Positions 1-7,586 of a DNA stretch of 25,911 bases are shown here, piece after piece. A model generated the notes under the pieces. It was not told the origin of the DNA and searched no databases. It worked only from the letters and a program-made list of their open reading frames with translations. The DNA comes from a virus. Its lineage: Duplodnaviria > Caudoviricetes. A program made the position numbers and the translations under genes. Each line of letters opens with the position of its first letter. Position 1 is the first letter of the stretch. Where the stretch lies: the IMG/VR virus record IMGVR_UViG_3300012232_000245, positions 1 through 25,911 of that record. One strand, 5' to 3'.

Positions 1-1686
1 CGGTGGAACCCGAACACCAAGACGTGGACGGTGAAGCGGAGCAACCGCAACAAGTTCACGTTACAGTTCCTGATGGGAAAGCCCGTTTTCGAGCCGTACG
101 AGCGGGTTCTACCCGAGATCAAGCCACGTCGACCGATGCCGTGTGGTCATGGGATGCACCCGAAGAAGCCGTGCCCCACTTGTGGGTGCGCGTTTTGTCT
201 CGGTGAGCACCAGGTGGTGATGCTCGCTCACGCCCTCACCCGACGCCGGTCCATCATTGCCGGCAAGCCGGGGACCGGCAAGACGCTCGTCTACCTAGAG
301 GCGCTAGAAGCGACCGAGGGTGAGTTCGGTGAGAACGATCTCCCCTACTACGTCTCCACTGAGGCGGGACTCCTGACGCTGCGGACCGAGATCGTGGACC
401 ACAGATCCACCGTCCGTCCCCGTGCCCTCACCTTCGACGGTGTCAAGAGGCTCCTCTCCATCTGGCATCCGGGTGATCCGCCTCCACGGCGTCTGATCAT
501 CGATGAGAGTCAGAAGTGTAAGGGACACAAGACGCAACGAAGTGAGGCCGTCCTCTACCTTGCCACTGAGATGGAGAACTACTGGAAGGGTAAGGAGATG
601 ATCATCGAGGGTACCGGTACGCCGGACCCCAACGAGCCAATGGACTGGTGGATGCAGGCGGAGATCGCGAGACCCGGCTACCTTCGCGAAAGCAGCTGGT
701 ATGCTGAGCGGAAGCGCCTCGCCTGTATTGAGGAGCGCCAGGGACTCTCCGGCAACTACCCACACCACATCCAATGGAAGGATGGCAGCGAGTGTGAGAA
801 GTGCAAGGAGCGAACCCTCCTCCGTGAGGCGCAGCTGAAGGAGATGCGCGCCGACGGGACCCAGATGCCCAACCAGCTCGAAGAGATCATGATGGAACAT
901 CATGACAACGAGCAGTGTGAGCAGTGCGGCGGGACTGGTAAGGTCCCTGACGAGGTCTCACTCCTGTCCCGGCGTCTCGATGGCCTGGTACTCTCGGTCT
1001 CCAAACCGAAGGACCTGCCAGAGAAGAACTACCGGGTCATCGAGGTAGAGCCAGCGCCAGACATGCTTCGCGCGGCTGAGATCGTGGCGATGACCTCCAC
1101 GAACGCACTCGATGCCCTCAACCGATTGCGCCAGCTGAGTGATGGGTTCCTGTACGACGAGAACCACCAGCCGAAGTATGCCGGCTCCGCGAAGGAGACC
1201 ATCGTCCGGCAGCTGCTGGAGGAGTACGAGGACCAACGACGCTTGATCATCTACGCCGCCTACACCGCCTCCATCAATCGCCTGAAGGCGGTGTGCGAGG
1301 AAGAAGGTTGGCTGGTGTGGAAGTACGACGGCAAGTCGATGGAGGCGTGGGACAACAAGACCCTGGACGAAGCATACCGCGCATTCCAGAACCCGAAGAA
1401 ACACCCGGAGAAGATCGCATACGTGGCCCATCCTCAGAAGGGTGGTGTGTCCCTCACGCTGACCGCTGCGGTAGCCGCGGTGTTCTTCTCCAATGACTTC
1501 GTGGGTGAGAGTCGTGAGCAGTCTGAGGACCGCATCCACCGCATCGGGATGGACGTCAACAAGGGAGCCACGATCATCGACCTGATTCACCTGGGCACCG
1601 ATCGTCTCGTGCTTGACACCTTGATGAACAAGCGCGAGATGTCGAAGCTCACCATCGCCCACGTGCGTGATGCCCTCCGTAAGTGA
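1..1686 (+). CDS. SNF2-family (SF2) helicase/ATPase, 5'-truncated by the window edge
   Basis: Frame is open from base 1 (RWNPNTKTWTV). Walker A GKPGTGKT, Walker B LIIDESQ, motif III GTGTP, motif V-like GGVSLTLTAA, motif VI QSEDRIHRIG. Confidence 0.92.
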   Translation, partial: RWNPNTKTWTVKRSNRNKFTLQFLMGKPVFEPYERVLPEIKPRRPMPCGHGMHPKKPCPTCGCAFCLGEHQVVMLAHALTRRRSIIAGKPGTGKTLVYLEALEATEGEFGENDLPYYVSTEAGLLTLRTEIVDHRSTVRPRALTFDGVKRLLSIWHPGDPPPRRLIIDESQKCKGHKTQRSEAVLYLATEMENYWKGKEMIIEGTGTPDPNEPMDWWMQAEIARPGYLRESSWYAERKRLACIEERQGLSGNYPHHIQWKDGSECEKCKERTLLREAQLKEMRADGTQMPNQLEEIMMEHHDNEQCEQCGGTGKVPDEVSLLSRRLDGLVLSVSKPKDLPEKNYRVIEVEPAPDMLRAAEIVAMTSTNALDALNRLRQLSDGFLYDENHQPKYAGSAKETIVRQLLEEYEDQRRLIIYAAYTASINRLKAVCEEEGWLVWKYDGKSMEAWDNKTLDEAYRAFQNPKKHPEKIAYVAHPQKGGVSLTLTAAVAAVFFSNDFVGESREQSEDRIHRIGMDVNKGATIIDLIHLGTDRLVLDTLMNKREMSKLTIAHVRDALRK

Positions 1687-1924
1687 AGGAGCTGATGGCT
1701 CCATCTCCATCTCGGTGAACTGCCCAATGGGCTGTGGGCACCGTGTGGTGGTGCACTGGAAGCCACCAATCCCGCCGAAGACCGGGTCATTCGGCAAGGT
1801 GAGCGCTGATGGGAAGGTTGTGGAGATCGGTAAGGGTACGTTGTACTTCCCAGCACCGATGACGAAGCTGAACAAGGAAGTGTTCAAACAGTTGAAGCTG
1901 CACTACAAGGAGCACCACAAATGA
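1670..1924 (+). CDS. hypothetical protein
   Basis: Fills the gap between helicase and HNH; stop overlaps next start (ATGA 1921-1924); CPMGCGH motif. Start uncertain (1667 or 1670). Confidence 0.65.
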   Translation: MPSVSEGADGSISISVNCPMGCGHRVVVHWKPPIPPKTGSFGKVSADGKVVEIGKGTLYFPAPMTKLNKEVFKQLKLHYKEHHK

Positions 1925-2304
1925 GCTTTGTGGGGCGATGGATCAAGTGTAGGCATTGCCGCCAGAAGCTTTGGCAGGCAATACCACGCATGATCCTATG
2001 CTTCCCATGTAGCTTCTGGTGGCGGGTAGATAAGAAGGGACCCGGTGATTGCTGGTTGTGGCGAGGATCTAAGACCGCTAGCAATGACTATGGTGGTGTG
2101 CAGCAGGACTACAAGTGTCGACGAACTCACATCGTGGCTTGGGAGCTGACGTTCGGCCCGGTACCAGCAGGAGTTCTGGTTCTCCACAAGTGCAACATCA
2201 AACTGTGCTGCAATCCAGGTCACCTGAAGCTTGGTGATCACCTGGATAACGTAGAGGACATGAGAGAAGCTGGAACACTCGTAGTGTTTGGGAGGCCACA
2301 GTGA
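1921..2304 (+). CDS. HNH (His-Me finger) endonuclease, homing-endonuclease-like
   Basis: CWLW..G...YG...THIVAWELTFGPVP..VLHKCNIKLCCNPGHL..GDHLDN is the typical phage HNH_3 pattern. Confidence 0.9.
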   Translation: MSFVGRWIKCRHCRQKLWQAIPRMILCFPCSFWWRVDKKGPGDCWLWRGSKTASNDYGGVQQDYKCRRTHIVAWELTFGPVPAGVLVLHKCNIKLCCNPGHLKLGDHLDNVEDMREAGTLVVFGRPQ

Positions 2305-2792
2305 TAACGTTTTTACCCTCCAAGATCTTCACCGTCAGCGCGAAGGCGCTGGACGACAAGCGACTCGTGTCCCAGGTGGGAGAGGCGCGGATCATCCTCG
2401 ACGCCATCCTACGTGGTGAGCAAGTCGGTCAACCGGCCTTCGACATGTGGCGGCGTCACCCGGGACACCTCGCCATCTACGGCAAGATCATGTGTGACGA
2501 GCACCACATCCGCTTCAGTGCTCCCCGGTCCGAGCAGCGGTTCTTCGGGCCGAATATCCCACAGTGGTTCTGGAACCTGCCGTCCATCGAGGGCACCGCT
2601 CCCCACCCGTGGGATATCAGCCTCGACCCGCCGTGGCTCGGCGACCGCCGCCTCCATCTCAGCCACATCCGCGCGTTGTTCGAGAAGGCGCCCGATGTCT
2701 ACGCCAAGTGGCGGCCAGTGCGGGAGATCCCACCGGTCTACTGCTGTGTCGGTTGCAACTACTGGTGGCCGACCCACGCGGGTCTCGCATGA
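2301..2792 (+). CDS. pyrimidine dimer DNA glycosylase/endonuclease V-like protein (MSMEG_6728-like)
   Basis: MITFLP...SAKALDDKRL..Q..E..IL, MWR.H...L..YG..MC.E, PPWLGD..LH.SH..L..K.P..Y and terminal YWWP match the family pattern as I recall it. GGAGG upstream of the GTG start. Confidence 0.8.
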   Translation: MITFLPSKIFTVSAKALDDKRLVSQVGEARIILDAILRGEQVGQPAFDMWRRHPGHLAIYGKIMCDEHHIRFSAPRSEQRFFGPNIPQWFWNLPSIEGTAPHPWDISLDPPWLGDRRLHLSHIRALFEKAPDVYAKWRPVREIPPVYCCVGCNYWWPTHAGLA

Positions 2793-2974
2793 TGATCCGC
2801 GTCAAGATTTGGGTCGACGGCCAGATCAAGAAGGTCTTCACGACCGACATCGGTGAGGACGAGCACGTCGGACTCCAAAACATGCTGATGATCCCCGTCT
2901 GCGGTCGTGAGATCGCAGACGCACGAGGTTCATGGACCAGGGACGTTCGGTGGGAAATCGAGGTGATCCAATGA
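2789..2974 (+). CDS. hypothetical protein (61 aa, MMIRVKIWVDG...)
   Basis: ATGA overlaps at both ends and phage-like codon usage. Start reassigned from the 2564 ORF call. Confidence 0.7.
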   Translation: MMIRVKIWVDGQIKKVFTTDIGEDEHVGLQNMLMIPVCGREIADARGSWTRDVRWEIEVIQ

Positions 2975-3267
2975 GTGGGTACATCGATGTTGAGGGCATG
3001 CGATCCGCTGCCAGCAACATGTGCTCCGCCGCGAGCGACATGAAGAACGCTGCGTCGTGGTTCCACGACTACGTTCAGCAGATGAAGTCGGCGATGCAGG
3101 ATCATCAGATCGCGATGTCGCAAATCACGGACCGCGAGGTCCAATTGCTCGCTGCTCGGACCGAGCTGGAGCAGATGATTGCCCACGACGCTGGAATGCC
3201 AGATCAGGCTGGCCGCTACGCGGAGTCCGCGTACGATGACCTCCGGAAGAGGATCGCAGCACTATGA
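2971..3267 (+). CDS. hypothetical helical/coiled-coil protein
   Basis: GAGG upstream of ATG 2971; ATGA overlaps at both ends; Ala/Met-rich helical pattern. Confidence 0.72.
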   Translation: MSGYIDVEGMRSAASNMCSAASDMKNAASWFHDYVQQMKSAMQDHQIAMSQITDREVQLLAARTELEQMIAHDAGMPDQAGRYAESAYDDLRKRIAAL

Positions 3268-3629
3268 CCGACGAACACATCCTCAAGATCTGCGCCAAGT
3301 ACGCAGAGCAGCTCCGCGACATGGGATGCCCGCCGATGCGGGAGGTGGTGAACTTCCACGGCGTGGACCGCGACGCCTTCAAGATCTTCTCGCTCCGCCA
3401 CTGCGCCTACATGGTCCAGCGCATCGTCGAGCAGGTAGAGGCCGGGCAGTACGACAAGGCGAACCGGTGGCTCGGGTTCGTGCAGGGTGTCTTCTACGCA
3501 GTCGGCTACGCGGGTGTGGATGACATGAAGGACATGAACCGCGATGAGGACAACCCACTCCTCGCCAAGTTCAAGGGTTGGACGCCCGAGCAGATCACCA
3601 AGTTCATCGACGACGTGCTGGCCTCATGA
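3264..3629 (+). CDS. phage hypothetical protein (DKANRWLGFVQG motif)
   Basis: Strong G/C third-position bias; coupled at both ends; the KxxRWLGFVQG motif recurs in phage hypotheticals from memory. Confidence 0.8.
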   Translation: MTDEHILKICAKYAEQLRDMGCPPMREVVNFHGVDRDAFKIFSLRHCAYMVQRIVEQVEAGQYDKANRWLGFVQGVFYAVGYAGVDDMKDMNRDEDNPLLAKFKGWTPEQITKFIDDVLAS

Positions 3630-4120
3630 GAAGAAGCGGCCGGACGACCCGGATGATGGAGCAGGCGGAGAAGGAAGCGAAGGCTGGCAAAGCGGTCTAT
3701 GTGATCTTCGCGAACGCAGCACTAGCGGCGATGTACAAAACGCCGGAGCGCGAGGCGTTGGGCATCAAGTTCGAGACTCCATCCTCACTGCCCAACTTCA
3801 ACTGGCGACGGTGGACCAATCCCGGCGCCAACGAGAACTGCGTGTTCCTCGCCGATCACTTCACAATCGAGAACCATTGGTGCACCGTTTTGGAGATGGC
3901 GCATCGTTGGGACTCGACCACCACGTTCGCGGAAGGCGACTTCGTCCGGAAGGAAGGCGGAGACTTTAGCTTCGAAGGACACGTGGTCTCAGTGGTCCGA
4001 AAGAAGCGGAGCGGTGAGATCCGCTACGTGGTGGAGGATGACCGCGGTCTCCTATTCATCTTCCGTGGTGAGCAGCTCACATACGCTGGCCGCGGTAACG
4101 TGCGAGCAAGTGAGGCATGA
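3626..4120 (+). CDS. two-domain hypothetical: degenerate P-loop-like N-terminus plus SH3-like (DfrB/R67-like) C-terminus
   Basis: MRRSGRTT...VYVIF...FLADH followed by FAEGDFVRKEGG.F.FEG.VV...YVVEDDRG...IF; ATGA coupled. Confidence 0.7.
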   Translation: MRRSGRTTRMMEQAEKEAKAGKAVYVIFANAALAAMYKTPEREALGIKFETPSSLPNFNWRRWTNPGANENCVFLADHFTIENHWCTVLEMAHRWDSTTTFAEGDFVRKEGGDFSFEGHVVSVVRKKRSGEIRYVVEDDRGLLFIFRGEQLTYAGRGNVRASEA

Positions 4121-4293
4121 CCTTCACCGAGCACCTGGGGATGGAGTGCTTCAAACTCTGCGGCACGTGGCGGCAGGTACCCGGCTACGTGTTCCGTGTC
4201 CTCGTCATGGTGCACTTCCCGGTCAAGCAGGTGTTCCAACAGAAGCCGTTCAAGGAGATCAGCTGGGAATGTCGGTGCGGGGCTAAGTCATGA
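4117..4293 (+). CDS. hypothetical protein (58 aa, MTFTEHLGMECFKLCG...WECRCGAKS), not in the ORF track
   Basis: Translated by hand; exactly fills the gap with ATGA overlaps at 4117-4120 and 4290-4293; four Cys in two pairs. Confidence 0.72.
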   Translation: MTFTEHLGMECFKLCGTWRQVPGYVFRVLVMVHFPVKQVFQQKPFKEISWECRCGAKS

Positions 4294-6479
4294 TCTTCCT
4301 CGACTCTGAGACCGCAGGGTTCGTCGGTCCCGCTGTCATCTGGCAGTGGGCCGTCGACGACGGTCCGGTGGCGGTGCACCACGTCTGGCGCCGACCGGTC
4401 CGCGAGACCCTGGAGCTCATTGAGCGGTTCGCGGGAGCGAAGATCTGCGGCTTCAACCTGCCGTTCGACTGGTACATGGCGAACAAAGACTACAACGTCC
4501 TCCGCCTGTTTGAGGACTGCAGCTCCCTACCGACGATCAATGAGTGGAAGGCGAAGGAGCTACGTGGATCGAGGGAGGCGCTCTGTGTCAAACCGCAGGC
4601 TGCTCTTGATCTGTACCTCTACGCCTTGCGAGGCCCGCTGCAGGTGCTCCTTGATCGAGATGACATCCGGATCAAGCGCGTACCCAGGGTCCTGGCCGAG
4701 CTGCTTTGTCGGGAGCTGGCCGACCGGGTACAGCTCGACCAGATCTTCTTCAAGTATGGCGAGTCTTGGTTTGTGGACGACGAAGACGACGCCGATTACC
4801 CGGACATCATCCTGAAGTTTGGTGCCACCGCCGCCCTCAAGCCGATCGTGAAGTACGTCCTGAAGCTCGACGTCGTGGACTTCCCGGTCCCACCCGAACT
4901 GATGACCAAGGATGACAAGAAGGGGAAGGCGAGTACCACCTGGTTCCCATGGCACGTCCGACGTGACTGGTTGGAGAAGCTGCCGGGTCTCATCGAGTTC
5001 TGGTGGAAGTACGGTGGCCAGTACGCGGAAGAAGACATCCGCCACCTGCAGCGGCTCCACAATCATTGGGGCAAACCGGAGGCCGGAGATGACGACTCAA
5101 CTCTCGCCTGCTCTGTGGCTGCAGCTCGCTGGCGCGGGTTCGCCCTCAACCGGGACGCAGCTAAGCCTCTCTGGCAATCCCAAGTTGAGCTCGCTCGATC
5201 CGCTCCTCGATCCCCGAACGCTGTGCGAGCGGGGTTGCTGCCTCTACTGTCAGACGTTGAAGCACTTGCTGTGCAGAACACAAAGGCCGACACCCTCGAG
5301 GCAATCGTCCACTGGAACAATGACGGAACGCGAAGTGGCATCAATGAGGACGGTACTCCAATCGTCGGCACTCATCCAGCTGCGCAATTCGCTAACCGAG
5401 TCTCTGTTGCCCGGACTGCCCAGAAGCGAGCTGACCTCGCCGGTAAGCTATGGCGAGTTGGTTCGTTTCATCCAGACTTCAAGGTCCTTGGGGCGAAGTC
5501 CGCTCGAATGTCTGGCGCTGGTGGCCTCAATGCACAGGGCATTGATAACTGGGCACCCATGCGATCCTTGTTTCTACTCGCGTTCCCCGGTGAGTGTCTT
5601 TCAGGAGGAGACTTCATCTCCTTCGAGCCGTTCATCGGCGACGCGGTCTACAACGACCCGAACCTCCGACGAGATCTCAGAAGCGGCAAGAAGATCCACG
5701 GACTCTTCGGCGAGATGGCCTACGAGATGGACTACTCGATCGTCGTCGCGAACAAAGCGGCGGGCTCGATCTACGACCGCGCGAAGAAAGGGTACCTCGC
5801 GTTCTCCTACGGGGCGCAAGCGTTCAAGCTGAGCAAGGTGCTCGACATGGAGGAAAAGAAGGTCCAAGCCTTCTTCATGAAGCTCGGTCAGCGTTACCCG
5901 GAGATGCTGAAGTATCGTGAACGCCGTGCGATGGAGTTCTGCTCCATGCGACAACCCAGAGGGATCGGTACGCGGGTCGTGTGGGTGGATCCCCGGGACT
6001 ACGTTGAGTCACTCCTCGGTGACCGCCGGTACTTCACCTTGGAGAACAAGATCTGCAAGGCGCTGTTCGATCTAGCGCAGGACATGCCTGAGGCCTTCCA
6101 CGCGCTCGGTCGCTTCCAGGTGAAGCGCCGTGACCGTACGCAGACCGCGACCGGTGCGACCCAGTCCGCGCTCTACGCCGCTGCCTTCGGGATCCAGGGT
6201 TCCAACATGCGAGCGGCCCTGAACCACGAGATCCAGTCCACCGGCGCCCGCATCACGAAGGCCACTCAGCGCCGGGTTGAGGATCTCCAACCCTGTGGGA
6301 TCCATCCGTTCCGCGTCCGCCACATGCAGTCTCACGACGAGATCCAGGTCGTACACGACAACATCGCTGATGAAGTCAAGGGTGCGGTCGATGGTGCCAT
6401 CGAGTTCTACAAACCCAAGATCCCGCTTCTCGCCATCGACTGGCGGATGAAGCTCAACGACTGGAGCGAGATGAAATGA
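4290..6479 (+). CDS. polA: family A DNA polymerase with N-terminal 3'-5' exonuclease
   Basis: ExoI FLDSET, ExoII GFNLPFD, ExoIII YAEED; motif A GDFISFE, motif B AKKGYLAFSYG, NHEIQSTGA, motif C SHDEI. Confidence 0.93.
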   Translation: MIFLDSETAGFVGPAVIWQWAVDDGPVAVHHVWRRPVRETLELIERFAGAKICGFNLPFDWYMANKDYNVLRLFEDCSSLPTINEWKAKELRGSREALCVKPQAALDLYLYALRGPLQVLLDRDDIRIKRVPRVLAELLCRELADRVQLDQIFFKYGESWFVDDEDDADYPDIILKFGATAALKPIVKYVLKLDVVDFPVPPELMTKDDKKGKASTTWFPWHVRRDWLEKLPGLIEFWWKYGGQYAEEDIRHLQRLHNHWGKPEAGDDDSTLACSVAAARWRGFALNRDAAKPLWQSQVELARSAPRSPNAVRAGLLPLLSDVEALAVQNTKADTLEAIVHWNNDGTRSGINEDGTPIVGTHPAAQFANRVSVARTAQKRADLAGKLWRVGSFHPDFKVLGAKSARMSGAGGLNAQGIDNWAPMRSLFLLAFPGECLSGGDFISFEPFIGDAVYNDPNLRRDLRSGKKIHGLFGEMAYEMDYSIVVANKAAGSIYDRAKKGYLAFSYGAQAFKLSKVLDMEEKKVQAFFMKLGQRYPEMLKYRERRAMEFCSMRQPRGIGTRVVWVDPRDYVESLLGDRRYFTLENKICKALFDLAQDMPEAFHALGRFQVKRRDRTQTATGATQSALYAAAFGIQGSNMRAALNHEIQSTGARITKATQRRVEDLQPCGIHPFRVRHMQSHDEIQVVHDNIADEVKGAVDGAIEFYKPKIPLLAIDWRMKLNDWSEMK
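5089..5832 (+). CDS. candidate overprinted gene in the +1 frame of the polymerase (247 aa, MTTQLSPALWLQL...)
   Basis: GGAGG at 5078-5082, 6 nt before ATG; frame is stop-free from 4906 to the stop at 5830-5832; polymerase third-position A/T rises sharply at this start. Confidence 0.62.
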   Translation: MTTQLSPALWLQLAGAGSPSTGTQLSLSGNPKLSSLDPLLDPRTLCERGCCLYCQTLKHLLCRTQRPTPSRQSSTGTMTEREVASMRTVLQSSALIQLRNSLTESLLPGLPRSELTSPVSYGELVRFIQTSRSLGRSPLECLALVASMHRALITGHPCDPCFYSRSPVSVFQEETSSPSSRSSATRSTTTRTSDEISEAARRSTDSSARWPTRWTTRSSSRTKRRARSTTARRKGTSRSPTGRKRSS

Positions 6480-6706
6480 GACCCTTTATCCTTTGTTTGC
6501 TCCTGGTGGCTTGTTGTCCACAGCCATCGAAATACGCGGTGGTCCGCGCGTACAAGAAGGGTTCAACCACAACATCCGCCTCGGACTTCTGGACGATGGT
6601 CGACAAGATAGAGACCGCGGAAGATGGCTCACATACCCTGTACCTGCGTAACGGCAGGGTAGTTGAAATCCCAAATGAGTTCGTGCTTGTAAAGGAGCAG
6701 AGATGA
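6476..6706 (+). CDS. small predicted lipoprotein
   Basis: MRPFILCLLLVAC: basic residue, hydrophobic core and LVA-C lipobox; ATGA coupled at both ends. Confidence 0.68.
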   Translation: MRPFILCLLLVACCPQPSKYAVVRAYKKGSTTTSASDFWTMVDKIETAEDGSHTLYLRNGRVVEIPNEFVLVKEQR

Positions 6707-6948
6707 ACCTTTCAGTGGGACTCCCGATCGAGGTCACCGTTGCCGAGGACATGTCCAAGGCGACGTTCTCAACGGAGACATGGTTGGGCATCACCGCCTC
6801 CACGTTCAAGGCGAGAGACTCGGACAACAGACCGGTGGTTCACACCGGCACGTGCATCATGTTCAAGAACGGCCACAAGGTGACCGTCACCGAGAAGTAC
6901 GACGACCTCCGCGACAAGTGGATGGTCGCGTGGGGCGCGGGATCATGA
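6703..6948 (+). CDS. hypothetical protein
   Basis: AAGGAG upstream; coupled at both ends; C-terminal CIMFKNGHKVTVTEKYDDLRDKW. Confidence 0.78.
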   Translation: MNLSVGLPIEVTVAEDMSKATFSTETWLGITASTFKARDSDNRPVVHTGTCIMFKNGHKVTVTEKYDDLRDKWMVAWGAGS

Positions 6949-7250
6949 GGTTCCCACTCCGCTGGCTGCACAATCTCCTCAACCTGGTGGGCTGCGAACT
7001 CTCGATCGACATCACCGAGACCCACCCACCTCTCCCACCCCGTGGGACGCTGTCATACCCAGAACCCAAGATCCAGATCTACCTGGTCGTCCGGAGGAAG
7101 AATGCGCCAGTACGCGGTGTTGCTGCAGAAGAAGTCATTGGACGGATCGACGGCAGTGAGGTGGGTGATGGCGGGAGTGAAGCCGTTCAACGGCGAGGTG
7201 ACGGTGAGTCAGGATCTCCGCCCGTCGAAGATCACCCAGATCCCCAGTGA
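6945..7250 (+). CDS. hypothetical protein (MRFPLRWLHNLL...)
   Basis: ATGA-coupled start at 6945; first half has phage-like codon usage, second half overlaps the next gene. Confidence 0.55.
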   Translation: MRFPLRWLHNLLNLVGCELSIDITETHPPLPPRGTLSYPEPKIQIYLVVRRKNAPVRGVAAEEVIGRIDGSEVGDGGSEAVQRRGDGESGSPPVEDHPDPQ

Positions 7251-7380
7251 GAACGGTGGACCGCGGGCATTCGTCGCGACTTGCCTCGTGGTCTGGGAGG
7301 CCATCACCTGGGACGAGGTCTCTCGCCAGGCCGTGGAGCTTTGGGCCAACGGCGCCTTCATGGTGAGTGGTGAGGAATGA
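7102..7380 (+). CDS. hypothetical protein (MRQYAVLLQKK...)
   Basis: GGAGG at 7093-7097 before ATG 7102; stop coupled to the next gene. Confidence 0.72.
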   Translation: MRQYAVLLQKKSLDGSTAVRWVMAGVKPFNGEVTVSQDLRPSKITQIPSENGGPRAFVATCLVVWEAITWDEVSRQAVELWANGAFMVSGEE

Positions 7381-7586
7381 AGGTCTACTCTGTCCGCCTG
7401 ATCCACCCACACGCGGAGAACTTCCCGCGTTCCTCCTACTACGCCACCAAGGAAGAACTGTCGAAGAACCACTCCGAGCGCCCGTGGATCCAGATCGCAA
7501 TCAACGAGTGGCTCATCGTCACGCCGTTCTCTGAGCGCGGTCCGTCACTGATCTACCTGATACAAGAGATTGAGGTGTGGGGATGA
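7377..7586 (+). CDS. hypothetical protein
   Basis: ATGA overlaps at both ends; typical codon usage. Confidence 0.72.
   Translation: MKVYSVRLIHPHAENFPRSSYYATKEELSKNHSERPWIQIAINEWLIVTPFSERGPSLIYLIQEIEVWG

Noticed and set aside
780-950. Intein or intron in helicase or polymerase
   Set aside because: No intein terminal motifs (C/S start, HN end) and no frame interruptions; inserts are short.
2971-3267. WXG100-like appearance (IDVEGMRSAAS..., ~100 aa helical)
   Set aside because: No central WxG motif; generic helical similarity.
4420-4815. Second +1-frame ORF in the polymerase exonuclease region
   Set aside because: Only a short patch of A/T-ending codons, mostly Ser/Arg/Thr content and no convincing RBS.
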